This document shows, piece after piece, positions 1 to 8,958 of a stretch of DNA of 48,975 nt. Below the pieces are notes generated by a model. The model searched no databases, had not been told where the DNA came from, and saw only the letters and a program-made list of their open reading frames with translations. The position numbers were made by a program, and so were the translations under genes. The stretch is from positions 1-48,975 of the IMG/VR virus record IMGVR_UViG_3300043540_000102; one strand, given 5' to 3'. Numbering within the stretch: position 1 is the stretch's first letter; each line of letters opens with the position of its first letter. Origin of the DNA: a virus. Taxonomy: Duplodnaviria > Caudoviricetes.

Positions 1-1029
1 GACGGGTACACCCTCCCGCTTGACGCTTTGGCGACTCAGCCCGGGGCGTGGTCAGTCCCCCCGGGGACGGTCAACCAATTCATCACATCAGTCCCGACCG
101 GGTACAATCTGACCGTGACCAACCCAGAACCGGGGACCCCGGAGAGCGAACCCGAGACAGAGACCGGCTTTCGCTCGCGGGTGCTGATGGCTGGTCTCGC
201 GGCCAGCACCGGCATGAGCCGCTACCTGAAGACCCTGCTGGGCAACGTCCCCGGGGTGCAGTCGCGTCTCATCTCGGTTCGCCAAGACTTGGTGGATGGG
301 AAGTGGGTGGTGATGGTCGGCGGCGGCGATCCTTATCAGGTGGCCTATGCGATCTATTATGCCCTGTTCGATGTGAACAATTTGGGTGCTCCCCTTATCC
401 GAATCGCAGGTATCACCAACAATAACCCGGCGGTGGTCACGACGGAATTCAACCACAACCTGACGACCGGAGATGTGAAGCTGATCCGCGACGTTCTTGG
501 GATGACCCAGATCAATAACGATGAATACCCCGTCACAGTGATGTCGCCGACCACTTTCAGTATCGGCGTGGATTCCACGGATTGGGGCGTATATACCGGC
601 GGCGGCACGGTCTCTCCGAACCCCATTGTGAACCCGGTTTCCATCGTTGATTATCCCGACACCTATGTAATCAACTACATCGTCCCCGTCCTTGAGCTGG
701 TCAATATCTCTGTGCAGTGGGCCACGGACTTTCCCAACTACGTCTCAGCGGCCTCTATCTCCAGCCTCGTCACCCCGGCGCTCGTTGACTACATCAACTC
801 TCTCGCTGCCGGGACGACCCCAATCAATATCTATGACATGACCGCGTTGTTCCTCGATACGGTGGCCCCGATCATTCCGTCCGAGAGCATCACATCACTC
901 AATTTTGCGGTGTCGGTGAACGGTATTGGCGTGGCTCCTCCCCCCGGGGGCGGCGTTATCTACGGGGACCCCAACAGTTATTTCTACACTGACTCCGCGC
1001 ATGTCCAAATCTTGGAAAGCACGCGATGA
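1..1029 (+). CDS. Baseplate J-like protein, 5'-truncated by the window
   Basis: Frame is open from base 1. Contains E-T-x-x-x-F-R-x-R-V and 'GGGDPYQVAYAIY' segments typical of baseplate J, with an internal FCCH-like beta domain. Lies upstream of wedge and fibre genes. Confidence 0.75.
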   Translation, partial: DGYTLPLDALATQPGAWSVPPGTVNQFITSVPTGYNLTVTNPEPGTPESEPETETGFRSRVLMAGLAASTGMSRYLKTLLGNVPGVQSRLISVRQDLVDGKWVVMVGGGDPYQVAYAIYYALFDVNNLGAPLIRIAGITNNNPAVVTTEFNHNLTTGDVKLIRDVLGMTQINNDEYPVTVMSPTTFSIGVDSTDWGVYTGGGTVSPNPIVNPVSIVDYPDTYVINYIVPVLELVNISVQWATDFPNYVSAASISSLVTPALVDYINSLAAGTTPINIYDMTALFLDTVAPIIPSESITSLNFAVSVNGIGVAPPPGGGVIYGDPNSYFYTDSAHVQILESTR

Positions 1030-1826
1030 CCAAGCAGGAAGGCCCGCCGCCGCCTATACTCTACAACGCCTCTCCGCTGGTGAGGAAGGTTGTGGCGTTC
1101 CCCCCGAAGGGGCCCACCGGGCGTCTCATCACGCTGCTGTCCTATCTCTATCAGGAATACAGCGACGACGAAGACCTGCAAGCCTTCGTGGACGCCCAGA
1201 ACCAATGGCAGCAGGATTTCACCGACACGTTCAACGGGCTCAACCTCCCCTATTATGTGTCGGCCCGCATCTCGGGGGAGCTACTGGATTGGGTTGGTGA
1301 AGGTCTTTACGGCTACCCCCGGCCCTATACCTCGGTTGGATTCTTTCACCGAATCGGCCCGTACAACACCTTCGCCTTTGAGACCTTGGAATACAACAGG
1401 CTGAAGAAAATCAGCTCCTCCAACAACGTTATCGGCGACGACGACACCTACAAGCGCTGTCTGACGTGGCATTTTTACAAAGGCGATGGAAAGTATTTCA
1501 ATGTCCGTTGGTTGAAGCGCCGGGTCTGGCGCTGGATTATCGGCGTCAACGGGGCGGCCCCGCCAATTCAGGACACCTACCGGGTTTCGATAACCTTTGG
1601 CACTAAGAATGAAGTGACGATTCGCATCGTCATGGGCCAGCGCAGGGTGACTGGCGGTGCGGTCTTCAACAAGATGGCCTTCAACAGCCGCAACCCGTTC
1701 AACTCGATAAAGTCGGCTTACGTGGCCTTCCCAGAAATCCCTCGGGCCGCTGATCTTGTCCAAGCCATCCAATCCGGTGTGCTGGAGCTTCCTTTCCAGT
1801 ACAAATTCAACGTCATCATCAACTGA
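1026..1826 (+). CDS. Baseplate wedge protein (DUF2612-like)
   Basis: 'LLDWVGEGLYGYPRP' and 'DDDTYKRCLTW' motifs; ATGA overlap with the baseplate J gene. Confidence 0.6.
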   Translation: MTKQEGPPPPILYNASPLVRKVVAFPPKGPTGRLITLLSYLYQEYSDDEDLQAFVDAQNQWQQDFTDTFNGLNLPYYVSARISGELLDWVGEGLYGYPRPYTSVGFFHRIGPYNTFAFETLEYNRLKKISSSNNVIGDDDTYKRCLTWHFYKGDGKYFNVRWLKRRVWRWIIGVNGAAPPIQDTYRVSITFGTKNEVTIRIVMGQRRVTGGAVFNKMAFNSRNPFNSIKSAYVAFPEIPRAADLVQAIQSGVLELPFQYKFNVIIN

Positions 1827-1836
1827 GGCCGCCGCC

Positions 1837-3273
1837 ATGAAATGTCTCTTCGCCAACCTCGCGCTCACCACTGTTTCCGGGGCCATCTCCCCGACCGATA
1901 CGACCGTGCAACTTGCGGCGGGCACAGGCAACGAATTCCCCAACCCGCTTAACGGCAGTGAGTATTTCGTGGCCACCTTCGTGGACCAATTGACCGGAAC
2001 GCAGAACGAAATCGTCTGGGTCACCCAGAGAGTCGGGGACACCTGCACCATCTCCCGGGCCAAGGAGAATACCTCGGCCAAGAGCTGGTCGGCGGGGGAC
2101 GAATTTTCGAACCTCCTCACCGCTGGCCAGATGGGCGTCATGCTGCAAAATGACGGCGCGGGCGCGTGGCCGATCAACGAGGAAAACATCATTTATATCG
2201 GCGAAGACACTGGCACTGTCAACAACATCATTTGCACGAGCTTGGACCCCATGCCGGGTGGCGGCTGGAAGCGGGGTATGACGTTTAATATCTTTGTCAA
2301 GAACACCAACCAAGGCCCCACCAACCTGACGCTGCCCGGCGGCTATACGGCTCCGGTTCAGCGCAACGATGGGTCTCCCTTGGTGGCTGGCGATTTAACG
2401 GCCAACGAGCCGGTGCAAGTGATTTTCACAGGGACCAGCTTTATCACTGGTATCCATAATATCGCGACGCCGCTGCCTCCGGGCACCCAGTTTTATATCC
2501 GCATGGATGGCAATGATAATAACCCAGGTCTTCAGGATTCGGCCGCCGGGGCCTTTGCTACGCCTTACGGGGCAATCACGGCGATTCAGAGCCGTCACAC
2601 GTCCAACGATGAAGTCATTGTCAACATCGGCGATGGCGTGTACTCTGGCGGCTTCGCAATCTTTGGTACCAAGATTGCATCCTGGCGTATCAGGGGCAAC
2701 AGCACGTCCCCTACCGCAGTGCAGATCGACGCCCGCACCAATCACAGCAATACGGGTGGGCGGGCGTTCAATATCAGCTCCGCACGTGTCACCATTGAGA
2801 ACATGAAGTGCTGGTCGTTTCAGGAGAATATCACCGTGGCCGGTTCGGGCATCGTGACCGCGAACAACATGAACACGACTTCACCGACCCAAGGGCCGTC
2901 GCTGCCTGTTACAGGCTGCTACAGCGGCACGTTGATGTTACAGGGGGAATGGACTTACGTCGGGGCTACTCAGGCTTATTGCTTCAATGTATCAGATGCT
3001 GCATCGACCCTTTTCGGCTACCACGACGCCACGACCAGCACTTCCTTCCACTGCACACTCTCCGGTAATTGCGATTGGGGGGGAGCCACAGTTATAGCCT
3101 CAAGCTGCGGCAAGATTAACGCCTACAACGGATATGTTAGTTGGTCTGGCGTCGTCCCGACGGCGTATCGGTTTGAGGCTGTCACCAATGGCGTCATCTT
3201 CGCTGGCGGCAACGTGAATCTGTTCCCCGGCTCTAAGCCCGGGGTTACGTCCACCGGCGGCCAGTACGTTTGA
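1837..3273 (+). CDS. Tail fibre/tail spike with a probable beta-helix C-terminal part
   Basis: ATG at 1837 follows GAGG. N-terminal baseplate anchor, then 'FYIRMDGNDNNPG..AFAT' and G/S/T/N-rich beta repeats. Confidence 0.7.
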   Translation: MKCLFANLALTTVSGAISPTDTTVQLAAGTGNEFPNPLNGSEYFVATFVDQLTGTQNEIVWVTQRVGDTCTISRAKENTSAKSWSAGDEFSNLLTAGQMGVMLQNDGAGAWPINEENIIYIGEDTGTVNNIICTSLDPMPGGGWKRGMTFNIFVKNTNQGPTNLTLPGGYTAPVQRNDGSPLVAGDLTANEPVQVIFTGTSFITGIHNIATPLPPGTQFYIRMDGNDNNPGLQDSAAGAFATPYGAITAIQSRHTSNDEVIVNIGDGVYSGGFAIFGTKIASWRIRGNSTSPTAVQIDARTNHSNTGGRAFNISSARVTIENMKCWSFQENITVAGSGIVTANNMNTTSPTQGPSLPVTGCYSGTLMLQGEWTYVGATQAYCFNVSDAASTLFGYHDATTSTSFHCTLSGNCDWGGATVIASSCGKINAYNGYVSWSGVVPTAYRFEAVTNGVIFAGGNVNLFPGSKPGVTSTGGQYV

Positions 3274-3290
3274 AAAATCTCAGGGCCGCC

Positions 3291-3319
3291 TTGCCTAAAG
3301 CACGGCGGCCCTGTATGAT
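3291..3319 (+). promoter_or_regulatory. Sigma70-like promoter ahead of the lysis region
   Basis: TTGCCT-17 bp-TATGAT. Confidence 0.55.
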
Positions 3320-3350
3320 GAAGCGCCCTCAACCCTTTGGAGCAATCTCA

Positions 3351-3578
3351 ATGACAGCAGCCTTTAAGCCCGAACCAGCCGCGCGGACGCCTGACGTTAC
3401 CCTGTCCGGCGAAGTGGTTGAGCGGATTCGTATGTATCTCAATTCGCCGGTCATTTTTGCCAAGGTGCAGGACGGTTCCATGCGCCCGTTCGTGGACCCG
3501 CAACCCATTGACCAGATGCTTGCCGAAGCCATCGCCTTCGCGGTGGAGGCTGAGGCGGCCAAGGCCAACTCGAATTAA
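3351..3578 (+). CDS. Hypothetical protein
   Basis: GGAG RBS before the ATG at 3351, which is a better start than the TTG at 3270. Confidence 0.55.
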   Translation: MTAAFKPEPAARTPDVTLSGEVVERIRMYLNSPVIFAKVQDGSMRPFVDPQPIDQMLAEAIAFAVEAEAAKANSN

Positions 3579-3617
3579 GCCCGTTGCACCTGCCCTCCCC
3601 CTCAAGGAGACAACACT

Positions 3618-3983
3618 ATGACCACGCAGCTAGATAGTAAGGGCCTTTTGAAAGGCGTCAACCCCAAGCTGGTCGCCGTCATGAAGGCCGCCCACGAGGC
3701 GTTCCCGCATTTCCGTATTACCGAGGGTCTCCGCACCAAGGAGCGGCAGGCGGAGCTGGTGGCGGCGAAGAAGTCCATGACAATGAATTCCCGGCACATC
3801 GTCGGGGACGCCGTTGACGTTGTCTGCATAATCGACGGCAAGGTGTCGTGGGATTTGAAGCACTATCGCGAGGTCAACCGCCACGTCCAGTCAGCAGCCG
3901 CCAAGCAGGGCGTTCGCGTCACGTGGGGCGGCTCGTGGAAGAAGCTGGTTGACGGTCCTCATTTTCAAATTGAACACGGGTGA
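3618..3983 (+). CDS. Endolysin, M15 family (L-Ala-D-Glu) peptidase
   Basis: EGLRT-x-ERQ, SRH-x-x-G-x-AVD and WGG-x-W...DGPHFQ Zn-peptidase motifs; AAGGAG RBS. Confidence 0.9.
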   Translation: MTTQLDSKGLLKGVNPKLVAVMKAAHEAFPHFRITEGLRTKERQAELVAAKKSMTMNSRHIVGDAVDVVCIIDGKVSWDLKHYREVNRHVQSAAAKQGVRVTWGGSWKKLVDGPHFQIEHG

Positions 3984-4363
3984 CCTCGACCGAAATGCAG
4001 CTTTCCGACCTAGCAAACTGGCCTTCGTCGTTTCCTATCTTGGCGTCGGTCTCGGGCGTCGCCGTCATGTCTGCCCTCCTGACGGGGGTACTCATCCTGC
4101 TTTACAAGGCGACGGCGGCGATCAAGCCGGACGAAACGGTGATCCGGGCCTTCCTTTCGCTCCTTGTCACGCTGGCCTTCATCGGGGCTGTCTTCACGAT
4201 GATGGTCCGAGCCGTCCCGGAGAACGAAGGCACTGGGCTGCTGTTGGGGGGCCTGATTGCGGCGTTCTCGAACGTGGTGGCCTATTACTACAACACCACG
4301 AAGAACAAGCCACCGGCGGACGAAGGGACGCCGGGGGCTCCCGACGGCCACAACAACCCTTAA
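3980..4363 (+). CDS. Holin-like membrane protein
   Basis: About 3 hydrophobic helices and a charged C-terminal tail; overlaps the endolysin stop codon. Confidence 0.55.
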   Translation: MTSTEMQLSDLANWPSSFPILASVSGVAVMSALLTGVLILLYKATAAIKPDETVIRAFLSLLVTLAFIGAVFTMMVRAVPENEGTGLLLGGLIAAFSNVVAYYYNTTKNKPPADEGTPGAPDGHNNP

Positions 4364-4378
4364 GGGACCACCACGGCG

Positions 4379-4669
4379 TCACACATAGTCAAAGACCTTC
4401 CGTTGGCACGATTGGCACAGACCGCTGATCTGATATTCGGTCGCGCTCAGGCTATCACGGAACAGGAACGCCTCGGGTAGCCGGGGGTTGCCGGTCATCG
4501 TTGGTGGCTTCCCGCAGCGCGGGCAGACCTTGAACCCGATCCTGTTGTGACCGGGCTGCACCGCAAAAGGGAATTCCCCCGGGTTGAACGGGTCCGCTGG
4601 CGCGGGGGGCTTATCCCCCCGGAGCTTCTCAGCGGCCTCAATCAGGGCTTCCTTGATCGTCTTCATCAC
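4379..4669 (-). CDS. Hypothetical Zn-finger protein
   Basis: CPRC...CQSC pairs; GGAGG RBS. Confidence 0.6.
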   Translation of the reverse strand: MMKTIKEALIEAAEKLRGDKPPAPADPFNPGEFPFAVQPGHNRIGFKVCPRCGKPPTMTGNPRLPEAFLFRDSLSATEYQISGLCQSCQRKVFDYV

Positions 4670-4701
4670 ACCCCTCCATCACCATGAGACGCAATCCCAC
4701 A

Positions 4702-5304
4702 TCAGACCGGCTCCCGATAGGCGATGATGCGATGGGCCGAATAAAGGCCGATGCCAACGCGGTGGTTGTGGTTCCCGGAGACCAGCACGATCCCCTCCGG
4801 GCGAACCTCCTTGACGATTCCGATATGGTGCGGCATGACAGCGATGGCCCCGGGGTGGGCGTTTGTCGGCCGACCATAGTGCGCATAGTCCCGAGCGGCG
4901 AGGCTGGCGAGGCGGCTGTACCCGGCTTCCCGTAGCCAAAGCCCGATAGCCGCAGCGCACCACTTGCCGCGAAAGCCGGTAAAATTGCCATCCCCGTTGT
5001 AGCGCTCGGCGACGGAAAGAAGGTGGGTGCTGCCTGCCCCGGAGAACGCACCGGCGGCGGCGAAGAAGTCGGGGAAGGAGAAGTTGGGCGGCGGAGGGGC
5101 CACCGGCCGCCTCCGATGCTTTGTAGCTGGCGAGACGGCGGCGGGGGCGCTCTCGGACATGAAGCCGAATAGGGATGCCCCGGGGGCACTCTCTGCTGTC
5201 AGGACGACGCGGTGTCGGTGGTGTGGACCGGCGAGTGCCGGAGAAGCAGCGACGCAAAGGGCGGCTAAAGCCATTCCAAAAGGTTTCTTCACCATGATCC
5301 TCAT
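4702..5304 (-). CDS. Exported CHAP/TIGR02594-like cysteine amidase
   Basis: Signal peptide ending SPALA; WCAA (catalytic Cys), PGAIAV, HHIGIV (His) and SGN motifs. Confidence 0.7.
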   Translation of the reverse strand: MRIMVKKPFGMALAALCVAASPALAGPHHRHRVVLTAESAPGASLFGFMSESAPAAVSPATKHRRRPVAPPPPNFSFPDFFAAAGAFSGAGSTHLLSVAERYNGDGNFTGFRGKWCAAAIGLWLREAGYSRLASLAARDYAHYGRPTNAHPGAIAVMPHHIGIVKEVRPEGIVLVSGNHNHRVGIGLYSAHRIIAYREPV

Positions 5305-5310
5305 CTAATG

Positions 5311-5338
5311 AAAACGCCCCCGGAATGACCCGGGGGCG
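5311..5338 (-). terminator. Intrinsic terminator
   Basis: CGCCCCCGG/CCGGGGGCG stem followed by TTTT on the minus strand. Confidence 0.55.
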
Positions 5339-5363
5339 AGGGTAACAACAACCGATTCAGAGA

Positions 5364-5789
5364 TCAGTTGCCAATGGCACCAGCCGCGCCACCGCCGACG
5401 CCGAGGGCAGTGGAACCGCCACCGACGACGCCGCCAGCGATGCCGGTGCCGACCGAACCGGCGGCCACGCCGGAGACCACGCCCGAGCGGGCCGTGCCAA
5501 CGCCGCCAGCGACGGACATATCACCGCGCGGGGAGGAGATGCCGAGACCACCGCCGACACCCTGCGCCGACGCGCCGGAAGCCGAACCACCGATGGCGGC
5601 GGCCTGACCGGACGATCCGACCAGCGCTCCATTGTAAGAGCCAGTGTGGGTGACGCCGCCACCGATGCCGTAGGACGAACCGCCGCCGGCCAGCGCGCCG
5701 TTGTGAGCGTTACCAGTGTGGGTGCCGCCGGCCAGCGCCGGGGCAGAGATGGCCGAGAGCAGCGCGGCCACGATAACGAGCTTATTCAT
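5364..5789 (-). CDS. Exported glycine-rich protein
   Basis: MNKLVIVAALLSAISAPALA signal peptide, then G/A/S/V low-complexity sequence; GGAG RBS. Confidence 0.7.
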   Translation of the reverse strand: MNKLVIVAALLSAISAPALAGGTHTGNAHNGALAGGGSSYGIGGGVTHTGSYNGALVGSSGQAAAIGGSASGASAQGVGGGLGISSPRGDMSVAGGVGTARSGVVSGVAAGSVGTGIAGGVVGGGSTALGVGGGAAGAIGN

Positions 5790-6064
5790 TTCCAACACTC
5801 CATGCATGTTCCGGGGAATCCGCCCTGGGCGGCAGGTCCATATAGTGCCGTCTCTCCGAGCTGTCACGCCAACGGCCCGTTCCAGAATTGCCTCTCAACG
5901 CTTCTGGCGTAACGGGTCTTTTTCTGCCGCTTCTCTTTGGCAGGCGTTCACCACTTCATTCCGCGCGACACGCGGCCCAACAATCTCGGCTCCCGTCAGC
6001 TATTGTTGGGGTTGGAGCATGACCCCGGGAGAACCCGGGGCCGCAGAGCCTCCCAAAAAGCCCG

Positions 6065-6712
6065 TCAGTTGGAGGCGATGCGGCGAGCGCAGAGCCCCGG
6101 GGTGGTCGTGCGAACCGCACCACGCGAGCCGCAGGCGGCTACCGTGTAGCGGCGGCCCTTGCGGTCTGTGATCTCGCCGACCGGCGCACCCGAGGGCTGC
6201 TGAGCGGGAGTGGGGGCGTAGCGACCGACGCGGCAGCGAATGCCAGACGCCACCATGGCGACAGCGAGTTCATCGTCCAGACAGAGGGTTTGCAAGGCGG
6301 CTTCGTGTTGCCCAAAAGCCCAGAGCGTCCGAGCATTCAGACGCTTGTTGCAAGGCCCATCCTGAAAAGGGAAGCCCAGAGCACCACCCCCGCCGATGGC
6401 CGAGCCGCCAAGGGAGACCGAGCCGTTGCACGACTCGATACCCGCCGCCGCGAGCCCGGGGGCAAACACTGCCGGGGCCTGACCCGCAATGGTGCTGTAG
6501 GACTGGATGCTGGTGCCGTTGGTGGCGACGTTGGTGGAACGAAGGTTGCTGGACGATCTGGAACGCGACGCCGAGCTGGAGCGGGCCGACGCGATGCCGG
6601 TGCCGATGCCGGTGCCGGTGCCGTAGGACGAACCGGCGGCCAGCGCCGGGGCAGCCATGGCGGCTCCGGAAAGACCTGCGAGGGCAAGACCAATGGAGAT
6701 AAGCTTTTTCAT
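6065..6712 (-). CDS. Exported Gly/Ser-rich, Cys-containing protein
   Basis: MKKLISIGLALAGLSGAAMA signal peptide; six Cys in the mature part. Confidence 0.7.
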   Translation of the reverse strand: MKKLISIGLALAGLSGAAMAAPALAAGSSYGTGTGIGTGIASARSSSASRSRSSSNLRSTNVATNGTSIQSYSTIAGQAPAVFAPGLAAAGIESCNGSVSLGGSAIGGGGALGFPFQDGPCNKRLNARTLWAFGQHEAALQTLCLDDELAVAMVASGIRCRVGRYAPTPAQQPSGAPVGEITDRKGRRYTVAACGSRGAVRTTTPGLCARRIASN

Positions 6713-6783
6713 GGTTACGACTCCCAAGGACTAGAGCGAAGCCGCTTCTTCGTCCTTACACGAAGCGACTGTTTGAATAGGAG

Positions 6784-6888
6784 CTACTTTAAGGCGACAT
6801 AGACTAAGCTTGCGGCCTTGGCGATAAGGACAGCGGACAGTGCCCAAGTGAAAAAGAAAAGCTGCTTGAATCTCCGCTCATTACGCAT
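6784..6888 (-). CDS. Small single-TM protein
   Basis: MRNERRFKQLFFFTWALSAVLIAK...; AGGAG RBS. Confidence 0.45.
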   Translation of the reverse strand: MRNERRFKQLFFFTWALSAVLIAKAASLVYVALK

Positions 6889-7096
6889 AGGTATAAGCTC
6901 CTTTTCGATTGATAATGTTCCAGATGGTTGTGACACTGACCTTATAATCAGTCGATAGAGCGTAAAGCGACTTTTTATTCCGGTCAAGGGTATAAGAGAG
7001 GCGGATGGCCGAAATTTGGTCAGCCGTTAGTTTATACGGTTTGCGTCCGTAGTTGTGGCGCTTCCTGACTTCCTGGTTGTACTGGTGGAGATTCAA
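6881..7096 (-). CDS. Small HTH DNA-binding protein
   Basis: 'LTADQISAIR...LSTDYKVSVTTIWNII' HTH pattern; TTG start overlaps the upstream TGA, with a GGAG RBS. Confidence 0.55.
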   Translation of the reverse strand: MNLHQYNQEVRKRHNYGRKPYKLTADQISAIRLSYTLDRNKKSLYALSTDYKVSVTTIWNIINRKGAYTYA

Positions 7097-7485
7097 AGAT
7101 TCAACTCCGGCAGACCAACCAAAATCCCCGGGGGCGTCGGAAATTCGAAATTGACGTTTTTCCACATGTGGAGGACGAAGGGGTGGTTGTTGATGTAGGC
7201 GGCTTTCTTGGGGTGGAACTGGACAACGCACTCGTTTTCAGCCCAGAACAAATCCTTGACGAAGCACATCTCAACCCAATTGGGGCAACGGCGCGGCGTG
7301 CTGACGCTTACGTGTTCCCAGCCTTCGCAAATCGGGTCATCCCCGAGGGAAGAGATGATGGTCAGCTCTTGAGCGCAAGGCCCCCAGATTTGGAAGAAGC
7401 CTTCAAGACCCTCGTTGCGATAGCCGCGCATCGACTCCGGTGTGACGCGGGCGGCTTCGAGCTTGGCACAGACGATCTTCAGCAT
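7093..7485 (-). CDS. Conserved phage hypothetical protein
   Basis: 'WEHVSVS...RCPNW-x-EM-x-x-VKDLFW...QFHP...Y-x-N-x-H-x-x-x-LH-x-W' motif common in phages; AGGAG RBS. Confidence 0.7.
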   Translation of the reverse strand: MLKIVCAKLEAARVTPESMRGYRNEGLEGFFQIWGPCAQELTIISSLGDDPICEGWEHVSVSTPRRCPNWVEMCFVKDLFWAENECVVQFHPKKAAYINNHPFVLHMWKNVNFEFPTPPGILVGLPELNL

Positions 7486-7586
7486 GACGACTCCTGAATA
7501 AAGCGGCCCCCGGGGAAGAGGAGGTAAACCCGGGGGCCTTAGCTGGCGCGGCGTTTCTCGCTCTGGGACGCCGAAAAACTTTTGTG

Positions 7587-7769
7587 TCAGTAGCAATTCG
7601 TCTGGCAATAGGTGCGAGTGGAGTTGCAGATGCGGGTGCACGTATAGGCCACCACAGACTTCGACGCCTGGGGATGGCTGGCGGAGACCGGCCGAACCGG
7701 GGGTAGCCCCGCGCTCGCCAGAGACGTGAACGACAGGAGGGCGGCGAAGGCGGTGATGGTCTTTTTCAT
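7587..7769 (-). CDS. Exported 4-Cys peptide
   Basis: Signal peptide followed by a C-x3-C-x6-C-x3-C C-terminus; GGAG RBS. Confidence 0.65.
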   Translation of the reverse strand: MKKTITAFAALLSFTSLASAGLPPVRPVSASHPQASKSVVAYTCTRICNSTRTYCQTNCY

Positions 7770-7802
7770 AACAGGGCTCCAGAGGTTTGTGGTTGGGTTG
7801 GG

Positions 7803-8093
7803 TCAGACTTGTTTGAGGGCTTCGGTGACGGAAGCCGCCCCGGTGTTGCCGACCAACTGTGCCCATTCTTCTTCAGTCGGGGCGACGGTGGGTGGCGTCG
7901 TCGCGGGGCGTTGCGCGGTCCCCGCAGGCATCGCCACCCCGCTCAGGATATCCACGATGCGATGAACGGCTTCAGCATCCGATGAATTGAAGATCAGCGA
8001 ACCGTCGCTGTGGGTCTTTGCCCGGAACACCGCGTTGATGGCGTCGGCGAGACGCATGTGGCTTCGAGTGGATTCTTGGTTGGTCATGTACAT
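7803..8093 (-). CDS. Hypothetical protein
   Basis: ORF fits the minus-strand operon and has an AAGGA RBS. Confidence 0.5.
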   Translation of the reverse strand: MYMTNQESTRSHMRLADAINAVFRAKTHSDGSLIFNSSDAEAVHRIVDILSGVAMPAGTAQRPATTPPTVAPTEEEWAQLVGNTGAASVTEALKQV

Positions 8094-8099
8094 TCCTTC

Positions 8100-8348
8100 T
8101 CAATCGTTCCAGACGTGGAGTGCCAGCCCGCTAATTCCGGGCTGACGGTAATGGGCGGTTTGGTTTCCGTCGAATCTTTCGAATTCGAAAACCTCGCCGT
8201 TGCCCACCTTGGGGACGACCTTGACATAGGCCGGATATTTACCGGGCGGAAAGCCCAGCTCAGGAGCATCGGCATCCACCGAGCGCTCGGTACTGTCGCC
8301 CCCCTGCTGGAGGGCGCTAACGGGGACGATCCAAGGGGCGATCTGCAT
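8100..8348 (-). CDS. Hypothetical protein
   Basis: ATG coupled (TGATG) to the upstream stop codon. Confidence 0.5.
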   Translation of the reverse strand: MQIAPWIVPVSALQQGGDSTERSVDADAPELGFPPGKYPAYVKVVPKVGNGEVFEFERFDGNQTAHYRQPGISGLALHVWND

Positions 8349-8842
8349 CACGCGGCCTCGGCGACGAAGGAGTGCTTGGTGGCGCACTCGGGGCCGATAC
8401 CCGATTCGATGCTGGACGGGACGGTCAGCTTGCGACCGCAGCGGCAGCACTTGCCCTCGTGCCAGAATTCGACGGCTTCGGGGACCTTCCCCGTCTCGAT
8501 GACTTCCTTGGTTATCATGGCCTTGTAGAACCACTGGAACCCCCGGACGCTCGGGGCGTCCGCCGGGACCTTGGACTTGGCGCCAACATCGAAGCCTTTA
8601 CCGACACGGAACTGGCCGAAATAGCTGTAGGCGTTCTCGTTGTCGGAGCCGGTGAGCAGGCTGACGAAGGCTATGACCTTGCCGACCGGGGCGGGCGCGG
8701 CGGGGTTGTAGTCCTCGGCGTAACGGACGCGGTAGGTGAACCGTGCGCCGGTTTTCTTCGAAACGAGGGTGAAGGTGGCGTTGCCGGCCAACATGAACTT
8801 GGTCGCGTCGGCCCAGCTGGTGATCTGATTGCGGGTAGTCAT
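8348..8842 (-). CDS. DUF6011-like Zn-ribbon protein
   Basis: C-terminal 'CCRCGRKLT-x-P-x-SI-x-x-GIGPEC'. Confidence 0.75.
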   Translation of the reverse strand: MTTRNQITSWADATKFMLAGNATFTLVSKKTGARFTYRVRYAEDYNPAAPAPVGKVIAFVSLLTGSDNENAYSYFGQFRVGKGFDVGAKSKVPADAPSVRGFQWFYKAMITKEVIETGKVPEAVEFWHEGKCCRCGRKLTVPSSIESGIGPECATKHSFVAEAA

Positions 8843-8888
8843 TTCGATGTCTCCTTTTCGCCCGCCGCCTTACCGCGGGGACAATTAC

Positions 8889-8917
8889 AGATTAGTCGAA
8901 GTTGTAACCGAAGTCAA
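8889..8917 (-). promoter_or_regulatory. Sigma70-like early promoter
   Basis: TTGACT-17 bp-TAATCT. Confidence 0.65.
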
Positions 8918-8958
8918 GTCCCTTTCGAAGAATATCTTCAGGCCGGGAACCCCGGGGC

